Assembly (NCBI GenBank): GCA_905178155.1
Contig: CAJINV010000018.1
Span: forward strand, 1,178,501 to 1,242,500
Origin: Amoebophrya sp. A120
Taxonomy: Eukaryota; Protista; Dinoflagellata
Length of the DNA stretch: 64,000 nt
Direction: 5' to 3'
Notes under the pieces: model-generated
Database searches by the model: none
What the model was told of the DNA's origin: nothing
The model's input: only the letters and a program-made list of their open reading frames with translations
In this document: one piece after another, positions 10,746-23,585 of the stretch
How positions within the stretch are numbered: the first letter of the stretch is position 1
Layout of the letters: the number at the start of each line of letters is the position of its first letter
Program-made: the position numbers and the translations under genes

Positions 10746-13700
10746 CTACAGCTCTTGCATCCCTGAGGGCAGGTTTCCACCAACGTTCCCAGTATGGACG
10801 CGTCAGGTTTGAAATCGTGAAAGTTGAAATAATTTGTAATGCATAAAATGCATGACCCGAGGTACGTGCGTTGCAGAGCAGGCAAGTGAGGCTGATTGTA
10901 GGCCTGTTTGGGGTTACAGCTCGAGCTGCTGAAGTAGCATGAGAAAATCCCTCTCCTTTGCCTAAACAGCATGACAAACTGGATTTAGGGACCACCGAAA
11001 TTTGTCATGCGCCACTTGGAATCTGGTTTCCAACTGGCGTCCATTTTATGCATGACAAATTATTTCAACTTTGTCGATTTCAACTCTGACACATCCATAC
11101 CCAGAAGATGGGATGTATTCCGCCCCCGACGGCAAACTCGGCATCGGCGTTTCCTTCAGCGCCCCTCCATCCTGTTTTTTGTTTTTTTTTGTCTTTATTG
11201 CATGACATAAACAGACTGTCTTTATTGCATGACACATTTTTTCAGAGGTATTAAGTGAAATGTGCAAAACAAAAAATTCACAGTTTACCACAGTCGCGCT
11301 CTTCCTCTTATCTGGCGGTTTCCCCGGCTTCCCCCGGTTCCCGCGGTTCTTCAAAAAATCGAGCCGTTCCGTGTTGCCCTTCTTGTTTTTCTGCGGGCCC
11401 TTTCCAGCAGCGCTCTCCTCGTCCGAGCTATCCTCGTCTTCGCCACCCCCCGAGCTCGTCTCCGGCGGCTCTTGCGCTGCCGCGGACGATATCAATTGCA
11501 AATGTGTCTGGGTCCGGAAGAGTGCCAGACTTGTCGCGCAGGTTTTCCATGACCCACGAGGTCTGGTATGTAAGACATAGCATGACAGATTCTGTGAGAG
11601 TTCTATCATGCCTATCCTGCATGAGAAACCGCCTCTCCATTGGCTCAAAAGTGGACAGCCTTTGGTAATCACGCAACACAGATTTTTCGATGATTCAGAT
11701 TTAGCATGACAAGTTGCTTTGATGGTCCAGACCCAGACACTTTTGCATTTGATAGACGAAGGCGGGCCGCGAGCGTCCTCCTCCAAGAGATTCTCGCGCT
11801 CGGTCTGGTCGTAAACCGGCGCGCCGCTGCCGGCACTCTTCGGAAACGCGGCGCTTCCGCTTATCAAAAGGAAAAATCCACCCTCCCCATATCAAAACGA
11901 AAACTCTGCTGCTGGATTTGGATACACAGATCCGATGCGTGCTGCAGTAGAGGACAGCACGCAGATCGTAAGCCTAGCTGGGGCATTTTGTTGTAGGCGC
12001 CTCGCATGGTGGACGGCTGCCCTGTAGGCTCCTTTACAGCATTGAAAACCGCCTGAATAACGTGGCGGACAGCCTGAACTTGCCCTCTTGCAAGACAGAC
12101 GCGATTTGTAGTCACAAATCTGCATCGCAAATTTTCAGAAAGATGCGCTTTCAATATGGGGAGGGGGGATTTTTCCTCACAATACCGCTTGCGCTCCCCA
12201 TAACCTCCACTTGCGATCCGTGGCTCGAGCGCAGATCCGACGCCAGTTTCGGAGCATTAGACCCGGCGCTCTTGTTTTTCATCGCGGTAACACTCCCACT
12301 CGAGGTGTTCACCCCAGTTTTGTTGTTCATCTCGCTGCTTCGTCGATTTTTTAGAGGTTCTCCTTTTGAATTATTGTTGCTATTAACCGCGTCCATACCG
12401 TCCTCGGGAAAATCTGGCGGCTGCAAAAATCCCTGCGAAGCACGGGAAACTTTGCGACCTGGGAGGAAGAGTATTTTTTCACATATTGTAGATTCTAGAT
12501 TCCTTTTTCAGTTGAGTACTTCCTTCTATGAAACACATCATCGGTTGACATTGATGATGAAGTCATGCAAAATACTAAAGTGATGTAAGCAATGCAAGCA
12601 CAACTTTTATTTCTACCTGCGGTGCCCCCGGAGCTATTGTTGGTTTCCTCTACGCTGAGCGCGTCCGTTTTGATCCTGCCCGAATTGGTTTGTCCCACGA
12701 TGTGGGTGGTGACGCTTCCCCCACCCGACCTCTCCGCGGCGGATAACCGCTCGCCCTGGGAGATGCCCGCCTGCACGCTGCTTCCGCCCGCGGCCTTAGT
12801 GCCACTCCCCTCCGGCTGCGGCGCACCGCCTCCCGCTCCTCCGGGAGAAGTTGCAGCTCCTCCTGGCTTTGTTCCCGAAGATTTGTTTTTCGGGTCTTTG
12901 GCCCCCTTTTTCTTATGCTGTTTGTCGCCTGCGGGCGGCTGTTCTACCACGGTCGCGCGGTCGCCCGAGAATCCGAAGGCGGAACAGTAAATCAGTACCG
13001 CGCACCCCAGCACCCCGATAATGGACGCCCCGAGGAGGGCCAGGCTATCCAAGCAAAAAACTGCGCAAGGGTAACTTTGTGTTGCAGACGTTGCAATACA
13101 GTTACACTTGTCATGCTGGATGTGCATCAGAGGCTATTCTCATACGTGTTTTCACGTACTAGCACGCATGACAGGTTTTCATCTCTGTCATGCAAAACAA
13201 ATCTGTGATGCTGTTCCTGCAAAAAAGTTACACTTACACACTTTTTCTCTTCGATACAAGCCGCACGGACTGCACAGAAAGTCCACAACCTCGTTCCCGG
13301 TGTCGGAGGATGTGCCGCCGCCTTGTATGGAAGCGTCAGGACTGAAATCGACAAAGTAGAAATAATTTGTGATGCATAAACCGGATACAAGTTGGCGCCT
13401 AGTTTCCAAGTGGCGCATGAGAAATTTGGGTAGAGCCGAAATCCAGTCTGTAATGCTCTTTAGGTAAGGAAGACGCCTTTTGTCATGCTACTTGAGCAGC
13501 TCCATTTCTACCCACCAACAGGCTCACAGTCTGCCTGTCTTGCCTACTCTGCAAGACAGGCATTTTGTGGGTTGCAGTTTATGCATGACAAACCATTTCA
13601 ACTTTGACGATTTCGATCCTGACGCTTCCATACCTTGCGGAGCGAGGTTCTCTGCAGATAAATTCGTTTGATTCGCCCCGCCCGCGTCGGTTCTTGTGTT

Positions 13701-16029
13701 GGACGACGAGGACATCGGGATGCTCATGGTGAGCGACGCCGACTCTTGCGTGGCATCCGCGGAAGCTAGCAACATGGTCTGGTCGATCTCCTCCATGATT
13801 TTTGTAGACTTCTCTGCACTATCCGCAGCTTCCACCTTCGCCGCCAGATCGAGAATTCGGTGCATATGCCCCGTGTTTTCCGCCCCAGCAATCCACTGCA
13901 AGGCGCCCGCGTTGAAAAATTTTGCAAAATTTTCCTCGACCTTCGCGTGCCCATGGTGGCCCTCCTGGTCCTCCTGCAATACGTGGCCTGCGAGGCCCGC
14001 CACGGTGAGCCCATTCAAAGCCTTCAAAAACACCTCCAGCGGCGAGCCGGCCGCGACTTTTACCCAGCTCAGGTCATTCGCCAGCTCCTCCGCGTGGTCG
14101 GCGCAGGCCAGGCCGGGGAGCTCCTGCGCGCCGTGAGAGTCGAGACTAACTTCGCGGTAATGGGTCACGTGGAACCGCTTGAAAGCGTCCGTGTGCGCCA
14201 AATCAAACGCGAGCTTGTACTTCTCGGCGGTCGTTGTCGTTCCGCCGGCGCCATGTACAACTGGTCCAAATTGTTGGTTATGCGGGCGATATTGCACATC
14301 GTGCGATTCGGACAGCACCGTCCGGGCCGTGCTAATCGTCCGGCCCTCCTCCAGAGGGGCGATTCCTCCGGAGGATGCTCGACCGCCAGAGCCCTTTGAT
14401 CCGCTTCCCTTTTCGCCGCTGCCCTTACTGCCGCTGCCCTTTCCCGATCCCTTTGATGAGGAGGACTCTGGTGCTGGGCCGTCGGCCTGCCGCGCTTTCC
14501 GACGGGAAAAGTGGTCCAACTGTAGGAAAGACCCGTCTGCTCCTTCCGGCGCTGCAAACGTGCGCTCCGTGAAAGAACGGTTCCTGGGGTGGAGTTTTTT
14601 TCGTGATTCTGTTTGTGCCTCACAGAAGTGCAAAACTTTTTGGACATCACTTCGTCTGGGAGAGTCAGCAAATAAAACGGTAGTGCTCATTGTCGTGTTT
14701 TACTGATGGATACAATTAGCACATCAACTTCTATCTTATACGAAACGCTTCAAGTAGAACTTGTCAAACCATGAGATATTGATCAAAAAAATCATTTAAA
14801 GCAATACGGTTCGAAGGCGAGACAGAGGTGCGCGTGGCACGCTGCGCTCGTGACGGGGTGCGGCGCTTCCAGCGTGACCGGGAGCTCCTCCCCGATGAAG
14901 ACCGGGCCGGACAGTTGAGTCTTGTCGTACACGTATCCTGTGTAAAAACGTACCCACACCAGAGTTGTCATGCAGATTTGCGATTACAGGAACATTTGTA
15001 ATGCGCATCCCCAAGGGAGGCATTTCCAGTCGTGTTTTGGAATTTGTAATGCTGGTAACAGGATAAGCAGATGGATTTGTGTTGCGGTTGTCCTTGCTCA
15101 CATGCACTACACTACGGACTGCAACTTCTCATGCGTGGCTCCCACAACATCTGGATTTGTGTTGCTAAGTTCCCAACTTGACTATGGGGTGGGGACGTTT
15201 TTCGATATGATAACACGGACTCTCGTCCCGCCGAACTCAAACTCGTCTTCGCGAATTTCTCGCCATGGCACAGGTCCTCCACAAAACTAGCAGCCTCCCA
15301 TAACGGTTCTACCGCAACTCGCTGGTCGTGGTTTTGGTCTTTGTAGTTCTGCTCCTCCTGCTGTGTAGTTGTACTTCTAAAAGAAGTTCTTCCACGACGT
15401 TCTTGTACAAGATTCTTGTTTGTCTTTGTTCCTACGTGAAGGAAAGAAAGCTTATCACGCTTGTTGTTTCCCTTCTTGCCATTTTCAAGGGTCGTCCTTG
15501 ATGTTGTCGTGGTCTTTTCCTTCCTTCTCGAAGAACCCCGCGAGGTCGGGTTATTGTCATTGTGTCTTTCACCTAGACCTACGTTTTCCTCTTCCGGGGC
15601 CGGAGAGGGCACTACAGGCAATTGCTTGTTGGACGAGACCGGTAGTTCTCCTTTACTCCTGCGAACAACAGAAGAGGTGGTGGCCTTTTGCAACAATGAG
15701 GAAGCATCTTTTCCTGCTGCAGTGCCATCGCCTATGGGTGGTCCTCGTGGTTGAGGTTGTCCCCCTGCTTGATGCTCCGCTGTTGTTCGAAGGGTCGACG
15801 TTGGCTGTCCAACCTGTAGAGCTCCTGACAAATGATCCGGATTCTCGATAGTATTTTTACGTTTTCTCCGTTTTCGCAGGTACCCCGAATCTCCATGATC
15901 TAGAGGCACGTTAAAATCACGACCAGCCACAATTCCTTTTGCCGCAACCTCGCTCAGGAGGACGACGACGACCGGTAATGTCCGGCGGAGGAACAACCCG
16001 GAAAGAACCGAAAACGCGACGGGCCGCAT
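10746..16029 (-). CDS. Hypothetical low-complexity secreted or type-I membrane protein; multi-exon, 6 IEs
   Basis: Hydrophobic N-terminus (MRPVAFSVLSGLFL..VVVVLL), long ORF 13633-14690, TM-like LALLGASIIGVLGCAVLIYC, G/S-rich tail, TAG at 10746; could be two genes. Confidence 0.55.
10793..11099. mobile_element. IE, family F (TIR TATGRAAGCSTCAG)
   Basis: CCCAG direct repeat; frame restored. Confidence 0.87.
11490..11754. mobile_element. IE, family A
   Basis: GACGA direct repeat. Confidence 0.88.
11862..12184. mobile_element. IE, family C
   Basis: CCGCT direct repeat. Confidence 0.88.
13046..13256. mobile_element. IE, family G
   Basis: CAGGC/CAAGC repeat; removal gives SPCGLALLG. Confidence 0.86.
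13326..13632. mobile_element. IE, family F
   Basis: CCTTG direct repeat. Confidence 0.88.
14934..15212. mobile_element. IE, family B (reverse orientation)
   Basis: ACACG direct repeat. Confidence 0.87.
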
Positions 16030-16902
16030 TGTCTCCTTGGCGAAAATAAGACTTGTTACCTTCGCGGACGCACAAACCTAAAAATGACGCAGCAGGTGGA
16101 TTGACTGTCGTTCCTCTCCGGGTGAAACGCCAACGTGGTTCAAATTCCTGTTGTCACAACGAGGTCGTGGTCAAGGATTATTTTCTGAGAAAGTACGCAT
16201 GAAGACCATTGATATGGACGACTTCTCAAGTGCCGCCAGCAGAACCAACTTCCTCGGCCATAATTGGGTGAGCTACTTCAAATTTTACTTACATGGTGCT
16301 CGATTTTTCAAGAAGTGGCAGAAAGATATTAAACTGGTGGGGTACTAGTATTTTTCTTTCATCTATAAGGGTGAAAATGGCCTAGCGCACCTTTGATGTC
16401 AGCCTGGTGGTGTTTGGATAATAAAACACGAACGCATGTCGAAGGGAAGCTACTTTTCTTTCAAGACGGATTGGCTTTGCAACACGAAAACTACCTTCGG
16501 GACAGAAGTGAAAAAAATATCTTCGTGCCACGACGAAATAGGACGAATGAACGAAACGAACGAACGGAACGAGGCACACTAGCGGGACGAAAGGGGACGA
16601 ACGTACGAGAAGAACGCACATTTCGTCGTGCGACAACCTTCAAACGACTTTTCTTGTACGAAAAGACTTTCTATCTTCCACATCATCATTGGCAAGAGCA
16701 AAACGGATGATTTTCAGCGAAATGACAGTGATAGTTACGCTTGGACAAACGTGTCTACTTGGCAAAGCCTTTTTGACAGAAGACAACGGCAAGCAACCAA
16801 TTGAAACAGCACGAGACCAAGGCTTTGCAACATAAAGAGGACGAAGAATCTGAACCCCTTTGTTAGCTGTGCTGTGCGCAGCAGCCAGATAGATTTGCCT
16901 TA

Positions 16903-19130
16903 TCAATTGTGATTGCCGTATTCTTGTGCCACGACACATGCTTCAGATGAAGCTGCACCTTCGAGTTTTCGCCCCTCGCCACTGCTGGCGGCAGGTGTAC
17001 TAAAATGTTCGGTTGTTATACAGGAATCTCAACGAGTGAATCTCAACGGTTGCGCCCCAACGCTTTGAGACGCCTCAACGGATTCGCGAAGAGCTCAACG
17101 ACTGGTCTCAACGGTCTGCGCACAGAAGAACTCCGTGGCGTGAAGGTGCGCATCAAGCCCGGGCAACAAACCTCTCAGAGGTCCCGCCAACACGAATGCC
17201 GGCGAGCGGGCTCATAGATAGTTAGAAAAACGCACAGAGGCTGCGCGCATAGTGAGACACAATGCACACAAGCCAACGGGGCGCGCAAAACGGGCCGGGC
17301 AACAATGAATAGCGCAGGAGAGCGACACGAGAGTCGTCGGGCAGGGCAGCCGCCGCCGGCCGGCCGGCCGGCGGCGGCTGCCCTGCCCGACGACCTAAAC
17401 CCCAAATCCTAAACCCGAAACCCTAAACCACTGCTGGTCGTTGAGATATATTTCTCAACGTTGAGCTGTGAGGTCTCAACGTTGAGATCCACAAGCACAG
17501 TTGAGATACCTGTAGTACAACCAAAATGTTCAGTTTTATGCAGCTCATCTACAAATATTTCTTTATCCGAACGACTTTTGTCGACGTCACCGGCATTTTT
17601 ATTTTCTGCCTCGAGATCATGACCCCAGAAGTCCTCTCTTCCTAGCTGTCTCAAGCACAAGACAAAGCCGACATTTGGACTCGCGACCGGCCGCTTTTCC
17701 TTGATCAGCTTCAGTGCGGAGTCAAGAGTAAACTGCTGTCTCAGCATCAGAAACGCCGCGGTGACCACGACGGATCTGGACCTTCCCTGTCGACAACAAA
17801 CCAAACACGTGTTGCACGGAGAAATACCCTCCGCGATGAAGTCGAGAACGGACACGGTAGTGGAGCTGGTGCCTGGAGGATCTCTGCCACGACCTGCAGG
17901 GTCTTCTTGAACTACAAGCGCCTCGTCGTCTGCAGCTGCCGTAGTACTTGTCTGTGAAACCACCCTGCCTTTTCCAATATAACCCGCTCAGGTGTTACAA
18001 TCTCAAACGTTACAATAGAATCTGGAATTTGTGTTGCAAGAAGTGCATTATCTAGCCAACTCTCATAGGATTGCGCATGACAAGTTCTGGAGTCCCAATC
18101 CGCACTACAATCTGGCGAAATTTGTATTGCAGAAAGTGGAATGTTGTCCGAGTCTGTCATGTTGATCATGCAAGACAAACCTCAGAGTCTCTTGTAACGT
18201 TTGAGATTGTAACGTTTGAGCAAGTCATATCCAAACAGCGCGTTTTTCAAAGCCGAAAACTCGCCGGCGTATCCTGAGTAAAAACGTCCCCACACCACAA
18301 TCAAGATGGGAAACCTGCTAGACAAATCAACCAGCTTTGGTTAATTCGCATGACAAGTTCTTTGCCGTCGTAGTGTAGTCCTGGTTTAGGTAGGGCAGCA
18401 GCATCACAGATCTAGCATATAATGCTGATTGTAGGCATCACAATTTCCAGAGCAAGACTAGAAAACGCTTCTCGTGGGGCTCCGCATGAGAAACTTTTCT
18501 GGCATGCAGATTTGCATGACAGCTCTGGGGTGGGGACGTTTTTACTCAGGATACGGCGTCGCGCATGTTCAAATCGAGGAACTTGGTGGTCGAGGTAGTT
18601 GGAAAAGTAGCGGTAGAAGAACTGCTGCAGCTACCGGAATTCTGCACAACTTCCAGCTGCTGCCCAGGAGTGCTGTCGTTCCTACTGGTGAAGACGTCGA
18701 TGATCCCCTCCACGTCTACTTCGGAACAAGCTGCAGGAGGTTCTTTCTTCTTTCCTATCACGATGTCGCCCGCACACCTGACCACGTGGGTAAAAAACGG
18801 CGGCGGAACGGCTAGACGAAAACCAACAACGTCGTCATTAGCAGTTGTAGCTTTTGCCTGCGTAGTACTACGGCCGCCGACCAGCGCGCCCACACTGCCA
18901 AGCCACAGGTTCGGGATGATTTCCGAAGGCTGGGAATCAATCTCTTGGAGCCGATGCTGCAGCAGACCCTTGATGATGTTGGCCCTGTCCTTTTTCTTCT
19001 GCATTTTTCCCGCCGGGGTGGACGCTGAAGGTTCATCTTTTGTTAAATTGACAATGTGCTTCTCGTCTTGCTTCTCGTCTTCAGCAGCAAAAGCACGGGA
19101 AGAAGAGGACGGATACGACGAGGAGGACAT
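16903..19130 (-). CDS. Dual-specificity protein phosphatase
   Basis: PSEIIPNLWLGS, CX5R loop LVCCRQGRSRS and AFLM..ALKLIKEKRPVASPNVGF; 2 IEs; stop at 17409 if the 9-bp-TSD element is retained, 16903 if it is removed. Confidence 0.85.
17011..17522. mobile_element. Non-autonomous Mutator-like (MULE) DNA element
   Basis: Perfect 9-bp TSD AAAATGTTC; imperfect TIR GGTTGT..CAGG.ATCTCAAC; subterminal CTCAACG repeats; internal CCCTAAA telomere-like motifs. Confidence 0.8.
17978..18229. mobile_element. IE, family D, in phosphatase CDS
   Basis: TCCAA direct repeat; removal gives ALFGKGRV. Confidence 0.9.
18270..18553. mobile_element. IE, family B, in phosphatase CDS
   Basis: CGGCG direct repeat; removal gives MRDAGEF. 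Confidence 0.9.
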
Positions 19131-19732
19131 CTTGTTTTTCTCCGAAAAAAACTTGCTTTCCGTAATGGGGAAATTATCCTTGTACTTGAGGATGAAGGGG
19201 TCGAAGCAACTCTCTGTTCCAAATAAGTCTTTACCATGTCAAAATGTGGCGGCTCGACTACTCTAAGTAAGAGGCTGCTGATAAACTCCCAACCCAAAGT
19301 AAGCCGTGAGTGTAGAAATGTAAAAATACAAGTAGAAGTAGAACGAACAGAGCGGAGAGCGGACAAAATTTTGCAGGTGCGTGCTTCTTGCTGCTCTGTG
19401 AATCCTCGAGGAGGTCGAAACACAATTTTCAGAACTCTCTTCTGCAACAGCTGTTTGCAAATCATGCGGTTTCTGTCTGTGGCGACAGAATGATTCTGTC
19501 GCCAGTGTCGTCTCTATTCGAAGTAGAGAATATTACCGGTTGTAGTTTCAAACTGCTCAAACTGCTATACTATGTTGCTCCTTCTTCAGATCATCGCACA
19601 ATTGTTCACAGCTAGAAGCCGTTGTAACGTCCCTGCTTACTGATTTGCGTCCTCGCTATACAGAAAATTTGAGACATAATTCTTTGTGATGTCTCCCCGC
19701 AATGACAGTCCTCGAACTGGTTTCGATTTCCT

Positions 19733-20701
19733 TCACTTTGGCGCCTCCGGTGACAGGGGCAACACCCGCACCCACTCCGCCGGCTCGTCGTACCGGCTTC
19801 CGAAGAAAAGCCGCTGACTATGCAGACATAAAATTTTGAGTAGAAATGCAACTTGTTGCCTTCGTCGATGCACTGGAAGTAGATTCGTACCGTTTTATAG
19901 ACACTGCAATGCTAACATGCTACTTACGCATTCGATACTTCTACGATTAGACCACATGCAGGACTAGACAATGACAGCACTCACTTGTCTAAGGCTCCTT
20001 CCCAAAATTTTCAACTGATATTGCCCGGTGAACTGGCTCCCGTCAAACCGCACGTCTGGGTTCATACTGGAGGCATATTGCGCGTAGAAGATAAACCAGT
20101 AGTAGTAACCCCAGAACATCCCCCATCAGATATCAAGGTGAAATAGAATGCCCCGGCCCAGTTGGGGTTGAGGAATGCTGCGAAATATGAGATCTTCTGT
20201 TTGCATGGTCCAACTTTTTTATAAGTACTTTCATGCCTCTGTCTGCAACACAAATTTCGCTTCGGTCTTCTGCATGATGCAGGAGTAGGTTTTTGTTGCT
20301 GCAAAGCTCCTGCTTCACATGGCAACTATGCATTGCTTTCTGCGCTACTTAGAAGGACTTGGACTCCTTTCTACTTCACTCTGGTAACCAATGTACCAAC
20401 CGCCCTGAGTCACACCCACGTTCGGCGTCTGGTGGGCGCCACCTGGACAGGATTTTGTTTGTTCACATCCTGATTTCAACATTTGTTTATGCAACGCAGA
20501 GATTTAAAGGAAAAAATCGTTCTTTGTCATCATGCCATCCCATGGGAAATAAACAGAAATTTAAGGTTAACTCGTCCTTCTTCAAGTTGTTGATATACCG
20601 TACATAATGTTGAGCGGGTACATCCGGCGCTGCTTAGGTTCCACCGCCAACACGGGGCATTTGCCCACCGCCCCACGCAGGGCGCGGGCGAGGCGGAGCA
20701 T
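19733..20701 (-). CDS. Small multi-exon protein with a mitochondrial presequence-like N-terminus
   Basis: MLRLARALRGAVGK at 20701; candidate exons GGWYIGYQSE, YKTVRIYFQCIDEGNK and QRLFFGSRYDEPAEWVRV; exon joins not fully resolved. Confidence 0.35.
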
Positions 20702-21545
20702 GCTTTTTTCTAGGCAATATGAACTACAGAACAAATTAAACAACTGCACATCACATGCGAAGCGGAAGCTCCCACGTACGATTGAGAAGGCACAAAATAA
20801 ATCACTCCCCCTTGTTCTGGCAGGACATGTGATGAGCATCGTCACTCAACACCAAGCAGTAGCGTCCGGTGGAAATACAGATCGTCACTCGTCTGGAATC
20901 AAGGACGCGTTGGTGCTCAAACAACACTCATCTCACGTCGGTGTGCTCTCGAGCTTCCCTTCGTAATTATGGTCTTCGCGGTAGATCATGCAGCATCTGC
21001 ACAACCATGCGGAGCGTTTCAGTTCCGGCTCTCGCGTTTGCGTTTTTTCGAACAGTAGTGCAAACGTTTGAGGTAAGGCATGTCATCGAGTTTCTGAGGT
21101 TTTTACTTTTTTTGTTTACCCACTGCGTGAATGAGCGCAAAGCGTTGTTTTTTTACAGCTGCAACAGCAGGAATTCATCATGAAGGAATGAGCCTCATTG
21201 TCAAAACGAGGAGTTGAGCAGTGCTTTAATATGTTCAAAACTTAGTAGTAGAGTGAAACGAAAAATGCCGTATGAATGTTTATTTTCCACCTGCGGAAAA
21301 GCGTACTTAAACTTATCATAGTGATAATGGATGGGTCTGATATAAATCTCGTATGGTCAAATACTGAATGATGATGAGCCTCGATTTTGACACAGATGCG
21401 AGGAACCATAGAAGTAGATACATGCCTGAAAAAAAATATTGTAGTCGGCGCGAATACACGAAGAAACTGTGTAGAAGTTAATCTGATCTGCGAGAGGACC
21501 GCAGCCAAAAATTCGAATGCTTACAACGAACACATCACTGACAGC

Positions 21546-22391
21546 TTAACACCCCGCCTTCCGTAACACCTTGGCGAGATCCGCTTCGTTTCTGTAGAAC
21601 ACCATAAACTTGTTCTCTTCGCGCTTCCCACGCCCGTAAATCACCGTGTTGGTCTGCCTTTCCAAACTGCGAATGTTGACCCCGCCGCGGCCGATGAACC
21701 CACCGACGCTGCCACGCACGACGAAGGTGTGCACCTTCGCGTCGCGTGCCACGTTGAGGAACTCTTCCGACTTCTTCCGGGACCGCGCGTCAGCCCCGGA
21801 CGATCCACTCGCTTTCTCCACTTGCTTCTCGCGCAACAGAAACAACGAATCCAGGTCCCCGCCCGCCCGCGCGAGCATGCTCGCGGTCAGCGGGCGCGTG
21901 GCCCAGAACGCGTGGTTGGTGCGGTACACGGAGTTGTCCCGGTCCGCGTTGGGCGGCAGCTCGTAAAACCGCAGGGTATCATTTAGTCCGACGTTGGGCC
22001 TTCCCGTGCTGACCGTGAACCAGCACGCCGTGTCGTGCACGTTCTCGAGCCGGATTTGCAAGTGGTGAAACAGCGCGTCGCTGTCCATGCGGCAGTCATG
22101 GATGATCTTCTCCACCGAGTCGTCTTCCAGCAACTCCCGCAGCCACGCGACCAAGGGGTCACTTTCCTCCTTGCCCAGCAGGTCCAGGATGAAGCAGCTT
22201 GCTCCATCAAGCGTCGCCAGCTGCACGATGCAGAGCTGCCCCACACGACTCAGGTCCACGCCCTCGCTGTCCACAGCAATCACCGGGGTGTGCCAGTTTT
22301 TCGGCTTCCCGAAAGCTGCCGTCAGCGTCTGCTCCGCGTCGGCAGAGAACTCGCTGATCAGAACCGGAGATGAAGCTGCGGTGGACGGCAT
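21546..22391 (-). CDS. DEDD 3'-5' exonuclease (EXD1/Egalitarian-like) with C-terminal KH domain; intronless
   Basis: IAVDSEG..LCIVQLAT, KIIHDCRMDSDAL, NVHDT, WATRPLT..AGGD; KH GxxG in GGFIGRGGVNIRSLE. Confidence 0.85.
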   Translation of the reverse strand: MPSTAASSPVLISEFSADAEQTLTAAFGKPKNWHTPVIAVDSEGVDLSRVGQLCIVQLATLDGASCFILDLLGKEESDPLVAWLRELLEDDSVEKIIHDCRMDSDALFHHLQIRLENVHDTACWFTVSTGRPNVGLNDTLRFYELPPNADRDNSVYRTNHAFWATRPLTASMLARAGGDLDSLFLLREKQVEKASGSSGADARSRKKSEEFLNVARDAKVHTFVVRGSVGGFIGRGGVNIRSLERQTNTVIYGRGKREENKFMVFYRNEADLAKVLRKAGC

Positions 22392-23585
22392 TTTCTATGT
22401 GTTAAAACGTCGGGCGGTGTCGTCGTGTGCGCAGATCCTCAAAAATGCAACTGACACTGACTAAATAAGTAGTACAACTAGCGAGACTCGTCTATCAAAT
22501 CCTAACTCCGTCTGTGTAAAAAACTGGAAATATGAATACCTGTCTGTTCGCAACAACATAAAGAACCCTATGCTTTGTACAAGGGGGCACGTAAAAATCT
22601 ACTTCCGTCGCGGTTCAACTAATGATGCCCGGCGGTCACGTCGCTGCTGGTGTGGGTTATCGAAAATGCAGCTGCTGTTTGAATCTACATCATTTCTTTC
22701 ACGACTTTGATCTACTTTATCGACCCTTCCTCTGATCAATCATAGCGTATCTGATTTTACTGGAAAGAAACCACCTGACGCGGCCTATCATTCGATCGCG
22801 TGGTCGATCTTCAGTTAGCGAAAAGCGAACCAACATCTATCGCTGCAGCGATTGCCTGGAGTAAGTAGTAGTCGCGGCATAATTAGTTGTGGAGAACAAT
22901 AATTACCCTGGCGTCAAAGTCCGCGTCGCCGAACACTATTCCCACGGTCAGCAGCCTGCCTGCGACCGCGACATCTGTTTGGCCTTTGGAGATTTTCTTT
23001 TCGCTGTAGCCGTCACATAACTCAGATTTTCTTTGAAATCGAAATGAGTGAGTGAGGTTTTTCTTCGAAATTTTTTGTCGCCAAGGGGAGAAAGGGAGCC
23101 GAGCTCGTGCCGTCGCAGAAGAATTGGGTTACAATTCTCGTCTGACAAGCTAGAATTATCTCAAAGGAATCATAGGGTACTTACTACACAGGGTTGAGGA
23201 AAAAAATTGAGAAGTCTTACGCTTACATAAGAAGTCCCAGAGGGTACTTAACTAAAACTTACTACGATATAATCAGCCCCCGCCCACGATAGTACTTCCC
23301 ATCGTGAAGAGGACTACATCGTGTATTAAACAACAACAAATCTCCCTACCTGTCGGATACCGAAGGCATATCCGCTGGGTCACTGTGCATCAAACGAGTC
23401 TATCATTCCTCGTTTTTGCACAGGACCTCGTGCATATTTGACGTATTCGCTTTTCTTTTGTTTTTGTAGTCCTGCTGTAGTTCTTTTATAAAAGTCGTGA
23501 AAAATTCAGTGCTCGTCACTACGCATTTCAAGAATTTCATGGCGCAGCGGTGCACATCTTCAAACGTGGCACAACAAAGTTTCGC

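Noticed and set aside
20131-20330. Possible additional degenerate IE starting TATCAAGG
   Set aside because: No matching right end or direct repeat found
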